Shown here: positions 1 to 11,768 of the stretch, piece by piece
Numbering within the stretch: the stretch's first letter is position 1
Layout: each line of letters starts with the position of its first letter
Assembly: GCA_054661495.1 (NCBI GenBank)
Contig: BAAFSQ010000095.1
Location: forward strand, 1 to 32,000
Reading direction: 5' to 3'
DNA: 32,000 nucleotides
DNA from: Zygophlyctis sp. KS116
Taxonomy: Eukaryota > Fungi > Chytridiomycota
Notes under the pieces: model-generated
Databases searched by the model: none
What the model was told of the DNA's origin: nothing
Seen by the model: only the letters and a program-made list of their open reading frames with translations
Position numbers and translations under genes: made by a program

Positions 1-41
1 AAGACACTCCTACTAAGACACTCCTACTAAGACACTCCTAC
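1..41. repeat. Tandem repeat, 14-bp unit AAGACACTCCTACT, ~2.9 copies, possibly cut by the window start
   Basis: Units at 1-14, 15-28 and 29-41 (last lacks the final T); no spacers. Confidence 0.95.
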
Positions 42-58
42 GCTTAAAAAAATTAAAA

Positions 59-1767
59 ATGATGCAATCTCCAGTCATCGTTATGAATACTAAACAAGAG
101 CGAACTCAGGGCAGAAAAGCTCAATTGTCCAATATTCAGGCTGCTAAAACTATTGCAGATATTATTAGAACTTGTCTAGGTCCCCGTGCAATGCTGAAAA
201 TGCTCTTGGATCCAATGGGAGGAATAGTAATGACAAATGATGGGAATGCTATCTTGAGAGAAGTTGAGGTGCCACATCCTGCTGCTAAAAGTATGATTGA
301 ATTATCTAGAACACAGGATGAAGAAGTGGGAGATGGAACTACTTCTGTTATTATTCTGGCAGGAGAGGTTTTGGCGGCTGCTTTACCATTTATTGAAAGA
401 TCTATTCATCCTATAATGATTATTTCTGCTTATAAACAGGCTTTGGAAGACTCTTTAGAAATTATTCAAAATATTTCTATAAAGGTGGATTTAGAAGATA
501 AGGAAGAAATGATGAAAATTATTAAATCTTGTATTGGGACCAAAATGGTGTCTCAATGGTCAAATTTAATGTGTAATTTGGCTTATGATGCTGTTAAAAC
601 TGTTGCTTGTCAAGTTGATGGAAAAAAAGAAATTGATATTAAACGTTATGCAAGAGTTGAAAAGGTTCCTGGTGGTGAAATTGAAGAATGTACTGTTTTA
701 GATGGAGTCATGATAAATAAGGATGTAACTCATCCTAAAATGAGTAGATGTATTAAAAATCCTCGGATTGTATTGTTGGATTGTCCTTTGGAGTATAAAA
801 AGGGAGAGTCTCATACTGATGTTGAAGTTACCGATGAATCTCATTGGGCTAGACTTTTGGAAATCGAAGAAGAACAAGTCAAGTCAATGTGTGATGAAAT
901 TATTAGAGTTAAGCCAGATTTGGTCTTTACAGAAAAAGGAGTTAGTGGTAAAAAGTTTTGATTTTTATTAAATTTTAGATTTAGCACAACATTACCTAAT
1001 GAAGGCTAATATTACAGCATTGCGTAGAGTTAAGAAAACTGATAATCATCGTGTTGCTAGAGCTACTGGAGCTACTATTGTCAATCGTGTTGAGGATTTG
1101 AAAGAGTCAGATGTTGGAACAAACTGTGGTCTCTTTGAAGTAAGAAAGATTGGTGATGAATACTTTTCTTACTTGGTTGAGTGTAAAGAACCAAAAGCTT
1201 GCACCATTCTTCTCCGTGGTCCTTCAAAAGATGTACTTCAAGAAATTGATCGCAATTTGCAAGATGCGATGGCTGTAGCAAGAAATGTCATGTTTGAACC
1301 ATGTCTTTGTCCAGGTGGTGGAGCCACTGAAATGGAAATTGCTTGCCGTTTAGCAGAGAAATCTAAAGCTATATCTGGAGTTAAGCAATATCCATACAAA
1401 GCTGTGTCTGAGGCTTTGGAAGTCATTCCCAGAACATTGGTTCAAAATTGTGGAGGAAACGCGATCAAGGTTTTGACTGACTTAAGAGTAAATTCCCCAT
1501 TATTAATCCTAGGCAAAGCATGCTTCTGCTGACAACTCTTCATGGGGTATTGATGGAACCAGTGGTAAAATTGTTGACATGAAAATTTATGGAGTTTGGG
1601 AACCAATGGTTGTAAAAGCTCAAACAATTAAGACTGCGATTGAATCCGCTTGTCTTCTTCTACGAGTGGACGATATCGTTTCCGGAGTTTCAGTTAAGGG
1701 TGCTAACCAGGCTGTTGCTTCTCAAGGAAACCCAGAAGAAATGGGAGATCAAGCGCCAGAACGTTAA
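59..1767 (+). CDS. CCT3: T-complex protein 1 subunit gamma (CCT-gamma)
   Basis: Chaperonin motifs TNDGNAIL, GDGTTS and YARVEKVPGG. Introns 948-978 (31 nt) and 1488-1512 (25 nt) restore GVSDLAQHYL and LRAKHA. Confidence 0.96.
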
Positions 1768-1843
1768 TTTTCACTCTTTGTAAAGACAATAAATTCAAAG
1801 CTACGCGAATTTTTGAACATCTGCAGAGATTATTTTAACATTG

Positions 1844-3400
1844 TTAATGATTAATGTCATCCCTATAAATTAAAAAGAATAAACTCCTACCAAACTCTTC
1901 CTTTGGACTTCTCTAGATCAATAGGTATTTTTGCAGTAGAGAAGTAACCTGCAGCAACTTTTGCGTCAATTTCAACTTGAGAGTCGGGAGGAAGCATATC
2001 TGGAGGAATAGGTATTCTATCCAAAATCTTAATTCCAGCTTCCACAATGGCATCATACTTCATATTGCTCATTGATATCATCCTATCTATTTTAGTTATT
2101 CCTAGCCAATGAAGAACGTCTGGCATTGTAGCTTGGAAACGCATATCTTTTACACCAGCAACATTTTCTGTTCTTAAGAAATAATTTGCTGCAGTATCTC
2201 CACCTTCTGCACGTTTTCTGGCATTATAAACAAGGTACTTTGTCACTTCTCCAAGTGCTCTTCCTTCTTTTCTAAAGTATACAATCAGACCCACACCTCC
2301 ATTCTGAGCCGTCTTTACACATTCAGCAATCCCAAAAATGAGATATGGACGACATGTACAGATATCTGATCCAAAAACATCCGACCCATTACATTCATCA
2401 TGGACACGAACAGTCAATACCTTTGATGGATCAGAAATGTATTCCGGAGGCCCAAAGATATAAATGGAAAGACCACCGATCGGAGGAAGAAAAACTTTTA
2501 GATCTGGTCGAGTGATAAGTTCGGGATACATTCCTCCAGTATCTTCAAAAAGAGCTCGTCTTAGAACTGTTTCTTCTACTTTAAATCTTTCAGCAATTCC
2601 AGGAAGATACCAAACAGGCTCAACAGCACCTTTAGTCACCATTAATTGACCTGTTTTACTGAGTACAACTTTCCCATCTACTTTAATTTCATTTTGAGAA
2701 ACCAAAGTCTCAATTTCTGCCAAATGCATATGAGCCTTTGTGATAGCTATAGAAGGTCTTAAATCCAATCCTTGATTTAAATAAGAATCAAAGACTTCAG
2801 TCACTATATGTCCAAAAGGATCAATCGACACAATCTTTTTTGGATCATTCCAAGAAGGATAAGGCCCAATCTTTACAACTGGCTCAGTATTGTATAAATT
2901 TGGTTTATGATTTGGTGGTAATTCCCCCATAGCAACTGCCAATGCCCGATAAATCTATTTAAACATTAAAAAAATCAACTTACTGCGTATGAACCACCAT
3001 GCGCCCCCGTAGCATTTCTTTTCTTTATAGATGAAGTATGTCTAGAAGCAATAATTGGACCTCTTATTTTCGGATCAGAAGATCCCCAGGTCATCGGAAT
3101 AGGTAAAATCCCAACTTGTCCTGGATATGTAGTCAAGATAACTCGAGACTGGTCACCCGAAGCTTTAATCGGAGAAGTAGCAGCAGAAGATACTTGCAGT
3201 ACTGGAGATTCTGTTCTATCATCGGAAGAAGATGAATAGTTTGCATCATCCCTTTCATAAATTTGAAAAGATTTTTTTCTTGGAGTCTCTGATTTCTCTG
3301 ACAATTTTTGAAGTAAATCAAGAGCCTGGGAAGCGAATGCGTCTAATTTAGTTTCAAGAGCAGTCTGCCTTTGCTGGAGCTGATTTAGTTTTTCTTCCAT
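1844..3400 (-). CDS. URC1: URC1/Urg1 family GTP cyclohydrolase II-like protein (uracil catabolism)
   Basis: Motifs HGGSYA-IYRALA, RVHDECNGSDVFGSDICTCRPYL, RKEGRALGEVTKYLVYNARK and SMSNMKYDAI. Introns 2955-2983 (29 nt) and 1863-1890 (28 nt, giving the C-terminus GRVWDDINH*). Confidence 0.93.
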
Positions 3401-3558
3401 TGATAATTGATCAGTGAAAACACGAAGATTCGCGTGTGTCGGGCTTAGATTTAAAGACCATCTGATATCATCCAGTCATGCACCGTTTCTCGTAATTTTT
3501 AGGGGAATGGCTGTCAAAAATTTGCTGCAGAAATTGGCCAGAAATAAGCCTGCAGTCC

Positions 3559-4806
3559 ATGTCTGATCGCTTGCAAGCGATAACTGAAAAACGTCAATCA
3601 ACTTTGACACGTCGCGTGTCCGAAATGACAGCGCAAAAGACTTTTGAGAGTTTTAAATGGAATTACCTTGTTATATACTCTGTTCTAGTGTTATCTGATG
3701 GTTTTAGAGGCCCTTTTCTTTGGCCAATATACAAATCGTATGGTATAAATGATCAAGAAATCTATATGTTGTATGCTATAACATTTTTCTCATCAGCACT
3801 CTTTAGTTCGATCTCAGGAGATATGGCTGATAGATGGTCTAAATCATATACACTTGCATTAGCTTGTATAATAGACGGTATTTCTTGTTTGGCTAGATTT
3901 TCATCAGATTTAAATGTTTTAATTGCTGGACATGTCTTATCAGGAATTTCATTTTGTACATTGTTTCCGATACTAGAGTCTTGGATGATTGATAAACATG
4001 AAAAAGCTGGATATTCTAAATCTCAATTACAAGAAATTTTGGCTGCAACATCATGGTTATTTGGACTAGTAGAAATATGTTGTGGAATTGGAGCAAATTT
4101 TATCAGTAGTTATTATGATTACTCTTATTTGCTATATCTTTCTACAATTTTTATGATCATTTCTTTTAAAATGATTCTAGACTATGATTCACCAGAGAAT
4201 AGGAGATCTAAAAGAGTCAAAAAAGCGACTCAGAATAAAGGAAATGCGAATAATTCTACCTTAATTGTGATTGGTATAACTCAAGCTGGATTTGAAACAT
4301 TGTTGACTGTATTCATTAGTCTTTGGGCTCCAGCATTAGGTAATGCAGCAAAGAATACTAATGTAAATTTTGGATATATTTTTTCTATTTTCATGGTATC
4401 TGTAATGATTGGATCTAAAATTTATTCATTTTTATCAAAGAGACTATCAGATGGTGTAATTAGTTCAATAATTTTTGCAATATCATTCTTAGCAATGATT
4501 GTCTGTGGATTATTTCCAGAATCTGTTTCAATTTTGGTGATTTCATTTAATGTATTTGAAATTGCTTTTGGAATTTACTTGCCTTGTCTTGGAAGTCTAC
4601 GGAGTAAATTACTCCCTCCTGATCGGAGGACATATTTGATGAGTCTGTTAAAAATACCAGTTTATGCAATTGGTGGGGTCGTATTTCTCTTTATGAATGA
4701 TATTGAAAAACTTGGTTCTAGTATAATATGGTTTGCTCTTGCTGGTCTTGCATTAGTCAGTCTGATCTCTTCTTGTTTTCTACCACATAAAAATAAATCT
4801 GATTGA
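3559..4806 (+). CDS. MFS transporter, MFSD5/MOT2 (DUF791)-like
   Basis: About 12 hydrophobic segments, with DGFRGPFLWPIYKSYG, GDMADRW, FPILESWM, FSIFMVSVMIGS and FEIAFGIYLP, which I recognise as MFSD5-family signatures. No obvious intron. Confidence 0.8.
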   Translation: MSDRLQAITEKRQSTLTRRVSEMTAQKTFESFKWNYLVIYSVLVLSDGFRGPFLWPIYKSYGINDQEIYMLYAITFFSSALFSSISGDMADRWSKSYTLALACIIDGISCLARFSSDLNVLIAGHVLSGISFCTLFPILESWMIDKHEKAGYSKSQLQEILAATSWLFGLVEICCGIGANFISSYYDYSYLLYLSTIFMIISFKMILDYDSPENRRSKRVKKATQNKGNANNSTLIVIGITQAGFETLLTVFISLWAPALGNAAKNTNVNFGYIFSIFMVSVMIGSKIYSFLSKRLSDGVISSIIFAISFLAMIVCGLFPESVSILVISFNVFEIAFGIYLPCLGSLRSKLLPPDRRTYLMSLLKIPVYAIGGVVFLFMNDIEKLGSSIIWFALAGLALVSLISSCFLPHKNKSD

Positions 4807-4842
4807 TAAGTTTGATAATTCCTAATCCGGAACGTGTGAAAA

Positions 4843-5522
4843 ATGATCAAACAAGTTGAACATCCTGTCCTCTTACACAAGTTATCTATACTTCGAGACA
4901 AGCGAACAAAGCCAAAACAATTTCGAGACTTGGTGAATGAAATTACATTAATTCTCTGTATTAAAGCTACGGCGAAACTGGACTTGACCTTTACGAAAAT
5001 GGTAATTGAAGGCTATTGACAATAGTTGGATTCTCCTCTTGCTCCGTTCAAAGGAGTTCAAGTAAAGGATTCTATCGGTATATTCCCAATCATGCGTGCA
5101 GGGACTGGGATGGTTGATTCAATGCTTCAATTATTGCCAATGGCACGAGTATATCATCTTGGACTTTATAGAGAGAAATCTACATTATTACCAGTTGAAT
5201 ATTATAACAAATTGCCTGCGATTTGTAATGTTAATATTGGGTTTGTGTGTGATCCAATGATTGCAACGGCTGGAACTGGTATTTCTGCTGTGAATATTCT
5301 CAAGGATTGGGGTACTTGAATCATAGTAACACTATAGGACTCAAGAAAATTGTTTTTGTTTCGATCTTGGCATCTAAACGTGGACTAGAACTTTTGACTG
5401 CAGCACATCCAGACATTGAAATTTACGTTGGACATATTGATGAAGATTTAACTGAAGAAGGATATATTACTCCTGGAGTTGGAGATGCTGGAGATAGGCT
5501 TTTTAAAACTTTTCATTCTTGA
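4843..5522 (+). CDS. Uracil phosphoribosyltransferase (Upp-like)
   Basis: Exon 1 (MIKQVEHPVLLHKLSILRDK) is missed by the ORF track. Motifs PIMRAG, PRPP loop DPMIATAGT, and YITPGVGDAGDRLF. Introns 5002-5025 (24 nt) and 5312-5337 (26 nt). Confidence 0.95.
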
Positions 5523-5539
5523 AAATACACAATTTCGAA

Positions 5540-6861
5540 TTAAAAAAGTGTTCCATCTGAAATGATTTCAATTGGAGGTCCTTTCTTATCTGGTCGTAAC
5601 TTTGCAGCCATTTCTCTTCCTGCTTTCCAGGTACCAGCCTCTAATACTTTTACCAATGGTAACTCTGCACTAGTTTTACCCAATGCAGAACAGACTTGAG
5701 CACCTACTTTATCCAAAAGTGCAACTGTTAGCCCTCTCCATTCAATGATGACTTGGCTATGAACATCAAATCTAGGAATTCCTGTACCATTCCATACTCC
5801 TTGTTTTAACTCAAGTACACCAGTATCGACAAATACACCTCCATTTCTAAAAGTTTATAAAATTTAGATTACCTATATTCTGCAAGCCCAGTCATATTTT
5901 CCAAACCAGTAAATTCTATTCCAACCAGTGATAATGGTTCTAAAAGTGAATATGTCATCCACTGAGACAATTTATGAAAAGCAATAAGAGAACTAGAGTC
6001 TATAGATTCTTTAGAAATTATCCCAGATTTCCCATTTTCCTTACTTATTGCAACCATGGCATCACACGGCCAAACATCACCCAAACTAGATCCATTCCAA
6101 GATGTTCGAGTTGAAGGCCAAACACCTGATAGTCCAACCATTACTACCTCCCACAAGATATCAATTGAAACTATAGTTTTATTGAGAGTCTTTGTAGAAT
6201 TATTCTCCAAAAAATCCAATAGATTCCCTGGTCTTTTTGGTCCATCCAAATCAAAATACTTGAACTCTTCAATTACATCCCCTAATCTTATCAAGAGCCC
6301 AACTCTTTCAATTCCAACCAGTGGATTAGAATCAGAAACTTGAAAAGCAACCTTCAAGTCATTTTCAGTCAGAGATTTCAATTTTACAGAATCAACTCTA
6401 AATGGTTGACTTGGATCACTTGATAAACCACCACTCGTAAACCAATCCAATGACGCCAATGCAAGTCCTTCTGATCTATTATAAGCAGTTTTTGGCTCAT
6501 CTCTAGGATAAAAAACCCAATCTGGCCCCGCCCCTGCATCCAGCAGTACAGAGACAATAAAAAGATCTAGGATTCTCTTTACACGCTCCCTAGAGTCTAC
6601 ATGACTTTCTTCCCATTCTAGCAATAATTTCCCCAGCCTATCTTTCGATCCTGCTTCAAAATGTCTCCATCTAGAATGCGGTGGAATATCATTTGGAGAA
6701 TCATAGTCTCTCTTGATGAGATTCAGGACCATGTCAATGACTTTTGGTAAAGAATCCAAATGGACGTCAAAGTACTTTAAATGCTGAGGAAAAAGAAGCA
6801 ATTGACTACAAGTTTGTCGGACACATTCCAGAGTAGAAAAATATGTTTTCGTCTTGTCCAT
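5540..6861 (-). CDS. URC4: URC4/Urg3 family protein (DUF1688), uracil catabolism
   Basis: Motifs IPPHSRWRHF, SVLLDAGAG, RSEGLALAS, FHKLSQWMTYSLLEP, GLAEYRNGG, EAGTWKAGRE and SDGTLF*. Intron 5847-5872 (26 nt). Start taken at MDKTKTYF (6861). Confidence 0.92.
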
Positions 6862-6893
6862 TTTGGATTTAATGTGTAGGGCGGAGCGACGAA

Positions 6894-7156
6894 ATGGAAT
6901 CTTTTTATGATGAAATTGAGATTGAAGACTTTGTTTTTGATGATGAAAATCAAGAGTATAGCTATCCATGTCCTTGTGGAGATAGGTTCATTATAACTCT
7001 GGTAATTTTTCTTTAATTTTATCACAGGAGGATCTGCAGTGTGGGGAAGAAATTGCTAGATGCCCTTCTTGTTCATTAATCTTAAAGGTTATCTATGATC
7101 CATTGGATTTTGAGGATAATTCAGATGCAGTCAATCTTTCTGCTATAACAGTTTAG
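6894..7156 (+). CDS. DPH3: Diphthamide biosynthesis protein 3 (Kti11, CSL zinc finger)
   Basis: [13 protein letters not shown]...YPCPCGDRF, intron 7002-7027 (26 nt), then [21 protein letters not shown]. Not in the ORF track. Confidence 0.95.
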
Positions 7157-7200
7157 AATTTTTAGTTTTTCAAAATCGCATTTTAATAAAGCATCAACTA

Positions 7201-9982
7201 CTACATATAGTACATTGTCTTGGTTATGTACTCTGTAACATTCACTAATTTTGCGGGAGCATCTGTACCGCTAGAGTAAGTTGACGCTGTATCATCCATT
7301 CCATCTCCTGACAAAAACATTCGTCCGTCTATACTATTAATACTAGAAAAATTTACAAGTAGCTGCAAGATGGGCTCGGTAAGAAGGTGCAACAATTGAA
7401 ATAGATCTAGTCGCTCTTTGAGATAGGAAACAGAGGTTAAAGCAAAATTGTTGCAAAACATCTGGCTCAACCTTGATTTCATCATAAATCACATGATAAA
7501 TTGCAGGACGAGAGGTTCCTTGTATACCGGCATGAGACTGAAGAATAAAGTTGTATTCTGAAGGATGAGTGATATCAGTGTCAATCTAGAGTAAAAAAAT
7601 TAAAATAAATACCACAGTTCCAGGACAACAATTTCCAGACTTGTCGGTTTCTGCTCGACTCATTGGGAATAAGCGAATGTGATGTCTTTTGTGAACAATG
7701 ATAAATGTAAGTTTGCATTGTCCTTCACTTAATCCTCTAGCTTCCAAAGCTTTTTTAATACCATCTACTTCAGTATTGCGAATAAGACTGAATTGGCCAG
7801 GATCTACACCGTCACGGAAAACAACTATTCGCTCAGGATATATTCCAACGGCTTCTTTAAATCTATCTAATCCTTGTCCAACACATGAATTCATTTCCGT
7901 AATGACTTCTTCACGGGGAGGTTGTGCCCTTAAGAATGTACTATATCTGCAGGCATGTTTGTCCATCGAAGTGACGATAGCGGAAACAGAAGGTGCCATA
8001 GAACCTGGACTTGCATGAGTAACGTCAGCTCCTACAACCATGGTGGGTTTATCAAACATTGGTAGGGAGTCTACATAGTTTGTAGCACCTCCAAGTTTGC
8101 AATTGACCTACATGTCAGACTGTAAAATAGTTTACTTTCATTGCAACATTAGCTGCGTATTGATCCTTCACTTGGCGGTCTACATTACGAATTTGTAATA
8201 CTTGGGACAGAACTCCCGCCTCTGTAAGCGTGATTCGCTTAATCTCTTGATAAAGACTTTTAGGCTCTTTATCAATAATGCAGACCATCAATTGACATCT
8301 ACAATTGAACTTTCTAGTTGCATCTCCAAAAGCACCTTGTAAAGTGCTAAGTACACCTCCTGGAGCCATTGGATCGGATCTAATAAATGATTTAACAAAA
8401 TATACATTCTAATTGGAATATCACGCACATTCAAAGAAATAGCCATTCCAGATCTTTTCCATTTACTCATGAGTTGATCGACAATATTTTCAGCTTCCCC
8501 TTGACGAACTTTAGTGAAAAATACCACTGCACAAGATGATAAAGTAGGTGTAGAACAAAGCTCAACACCTCTCAGATTCCAAACACCTTGTGATCCATTT
8601 TGAGTCCTGTCTCTAGCAAAAATAATTTGGGGACTTGGAAGAATACGAGCATTGACCTTCATCATATCAGGGGATATCTTCATTCCAATTGATTGCAAGT
8701 AAGGATCTTCATTTGGTTTTAGAATATTCCCAACTGCAGCCTTCAATTTATTGAAACGCGCTTCAGGCTTCTCTACAGTTGCTCGGATCATATCAGAAAC
8801 TTGATTACCGGTAAGTCTCTTTTGGTATTTTTGAGCAGGAGCAATTTCAAGGAACTCCATTGGGAAACCAGTCTTCTTATTTCCCTAAATATTTTAATAC
8901 TCCAAAACAATACCTTGTAAACCACTGGAAGATAAGGATACTTGACTTGAATTTGGTAAACGTCTCTAAAATAATCAACAATTGAGATCATTTTTCCGTT
9001 TCCATCTTCAAAGGTCACATCCTTTGCAGGAAGAGTAGATATAGAAGCAATTTTAAAGCGCTGCTTCATATCTCCTCTATGAGTAGTTCTAACCATAATT
9101 CCCTTTAGATCTCTGATTAATCTATCCCTCTTTGGACCTTCAAATTCAGAAATATTTCTAGCGCCAGTCACTTCCAAGACATAATCAATCAATGAAATTC
9201 CACCACGAAGGAAAACGGAAGCAGCAATATCAATATTGACTCCAAGGTGTCCAGCCATTAGTGCACGTATAGACTAATTATGAATTTGAGCTAACCCTAC
9301 CTGATGATATCCACGCCATACTGCCAAACCTCCAGGTATATTCACTGAATTAGAAGGAGTAAAGAAATTTGATCCTACTGGAGTGTATAAATTCGCTGGC
9401 TGATGATGAAGGAAATTCGAAAGACATGTCAAAGCATGAAGCGAATTCTTTTCTTGCAGTTCACTCTTTCCTCTAGTAAAATCCATCAAACTATTCATTT
9501 CCACATTCGCAACCTTTTTAAGCTCAATCTTAAATTTATCTCCTCTACCAGGCGACAAAGGGCGACTATCATCTAAAGATAAACTAAAAAATGAAATTAC
9601 TTTGAAACTCTGCTGTCCGATCAAAAACGACCTCAACTTCAACCTTTTCTCCCATCCCACACAAATCAGCAGTAGTATAGCAAGTTTTTTTCCCATCATA
9701 TGTCAAGTACACAGATCCCAGATTAGAAAAGTGTCTGCGCACTTCACTTTCGACAAATCTCCAAAGAGGACGAGACACAGCGACTGGCAGATCAACTTCC
9801 TTGCCAACCTCATCGACTTGATTACTTGTAGATTTTTTGCGATCAAACTGAATGATCTTGACATGATACTGGAAAGCCTTCATATCTTCCTTCAACTTGA
9901 TCGCAAAGATGTTGGCATTCAGAGTGATTCTTTTACCCACTTTTCCTTGGCCAGGTCTTTTTGGATTTGACGATTGCATCAT
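7201..9982 (-). CDS. Eukaryotic Argonaute (N, PAZ, MID, PIWI)
   Basis: Motifs RPGQGKVG, KVNCKLGG, GADVTH, FRDGV, KRHHIRLF, QSHAGIQGTSRP and RAHLAA. Introns 9573-9600, 9274-9300, 8885-8913, 8380-8405, 8108-8135, 7586-7612 and 7329-7356. Confidence 0.95.
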
Positions 9983-10061
9983 TTTTACGCTCAAATTCAA
10001 ATTTTGTTGCTTTTCAGACGCAAGATGCTGATCTTAAGCCTTGGTTTGTCTGATCGCTGAA

Positions 10062-11730
10062 ATGAGGAGAAAATTGTCCAAGGCTATCCTTGTATTCAAT
10101 ACGATATTATTAATACTATTGCTCTCCAACAGTAAGAAATTTATTTATTAATATCCAGATTTAGATCCTGAATTGAATTCTGTTTATACTGACTCATGTC
10201 CTGATATATCACAATCAACTCTTTTACTGATTTCGAAATCTATTAGTTCAACCGATCCTGCTGCATTGATCATTAAAACTAGACAAAATTACATTTATAG
10301 TCCTGGGAAAATTTGTATCGGAGCGCTGGTCTATATCCCAGTGATGCTTGATGTTAACTCAAAAAATGAAAAGATGATGGAAGAATATCCACCAGATTCT
10401 TTGTATTTGGACATTGCAGGCTCAAATTTTCAAGTTGTTCCAAAAACACAGTGGTCGTTTCAGCAATATACAATTGATGATTGTTGTATTTTTAGATATT
10501 ACAAAATTTACGCTGATTTTAGAGATCCAGATTCTTACAAGGTTAGTGGGTATTTAGAATGTATTAAATTTCATGCTTAATAGTTAGATATAGATTATAA
10601 GTGGAATTTTGAGAAAAAAGAGGATGTTTTCTGGAATCCTTTTCCATTGGTCTTTGTAACTATAACTGACTCAAAAGTTTCTTATTCTCGCTCAATGGAA
10701 ATAACGGTTGTGGGACCGACAATAGACTACCACGACTATAACCAACTTCCATACTGTAGAAACGGAAACGCTTCTGGTAGATGGGTTAAATCACAACTTG
10801 TATCATCACAATTATCACCATTTCCAAGTGATTTAATGACATCTTTCAAAGATAATCATAATAGAATATGGCTACCTTTTGATTGTAAATATCGGATGCT
10901 CTCACACAGTCAATTCACGTCATTTATGTCTAATTTAGGCCTACATTTGCATTTTTATGGTGATTCGAATATAAGAAGAAGTCTTAAAACTATAACAACT
11001 GGTGGAAAGTTTTGTCGTACAAATTATGACACATATTCCAAAGAATGTCAGTGCAATGACAAGACGCTAGACGTTCCATATTATAATTTTTCTAAACCAA
11101 TCAATTATTTTCCTGGATTGGCGGGATTTTCTAATACTTCTATTTATTTTCACGATTTAAAAGGACTTTTATTATGGAATGGGATTAACTGGAATTCTGA
11201 TTTGGAAAAGTCTAGATTAGATAAACTAATGCTAGAATTGGGGATCGATAAAGTCTTACCAAGTGCGGTGATTGTTGGATTAAGTAAAGATCTATCAAAA
11301 TTAATATATAGCAAACTGGGATGTTGGTTATGATACATTTTTCAACTTTAAGGATCGACTTCCAAATTTCGTGAAACTTCTAAAAACTACATATAAAGGC
11401 ATACCAATAATATGGAGACCAGGCCAATACTATTGCTGCAGTACGATCTATCTGTTTTACTAATCTTTTTTAGGAGTTGATCACTCAAAACGAAGCCGAA
11501 TGTACTCTCGACTGCGATTTGAAGCATTTAACAACTACGCTTTGAAGGAGCTTTATCGTCAGATCCCAAATCAATTGTACATTTGGGATGTTTGGTCTTT
11601 AGGAGCAGCTCAATCTTTTGAAATTAAAGCAAATATCAGCACTTGTGATTCAAATCATATGTCTATAAATGGAATTGATCTAGAAAATCAAATACTCTTT
11701 AATATTCTTAACAATCTCAAGACTCAGTGA
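10062..11730 (+). CDS. Membrane-anchored SGNH / PC-esterase (NXPE/TBL-like) putative O-acyltransferase or esterase
   Basis: N-terminal basic plus hydrophobic anchor (MRRKLSKAILVFNTILLILLLS), then GRW, WLPFDC, FYGDSNIR and a C-terminal DSNH (DxxH). Introns 10132-10158, 10561-10587, 11284-11311 and 11441-11473. Confidence 0.7.
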
Positions 11731-11768
11731 TCACAATCATTTATGTTTTTCTAATGCAAATAATTTCT

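Noticed and set aside
1-41. CRISPR-like direct repeats
   Set aside because: Units are contiguous with no spacers, the context is eukaryotic and there are no cas genes.
6862-6969. 36-aa N-terminal extension of URC4 in the ORF track
   Set aside because: It is the antisense of DPH3 exon 1; Met at 6861 is the more plausible start.
7201-9982. Prokaryotic-style Argonaute defence operon
   Set aside because: This is a canonical intron-containing eukaryotic AGO with no associated nuclease or effector genes.
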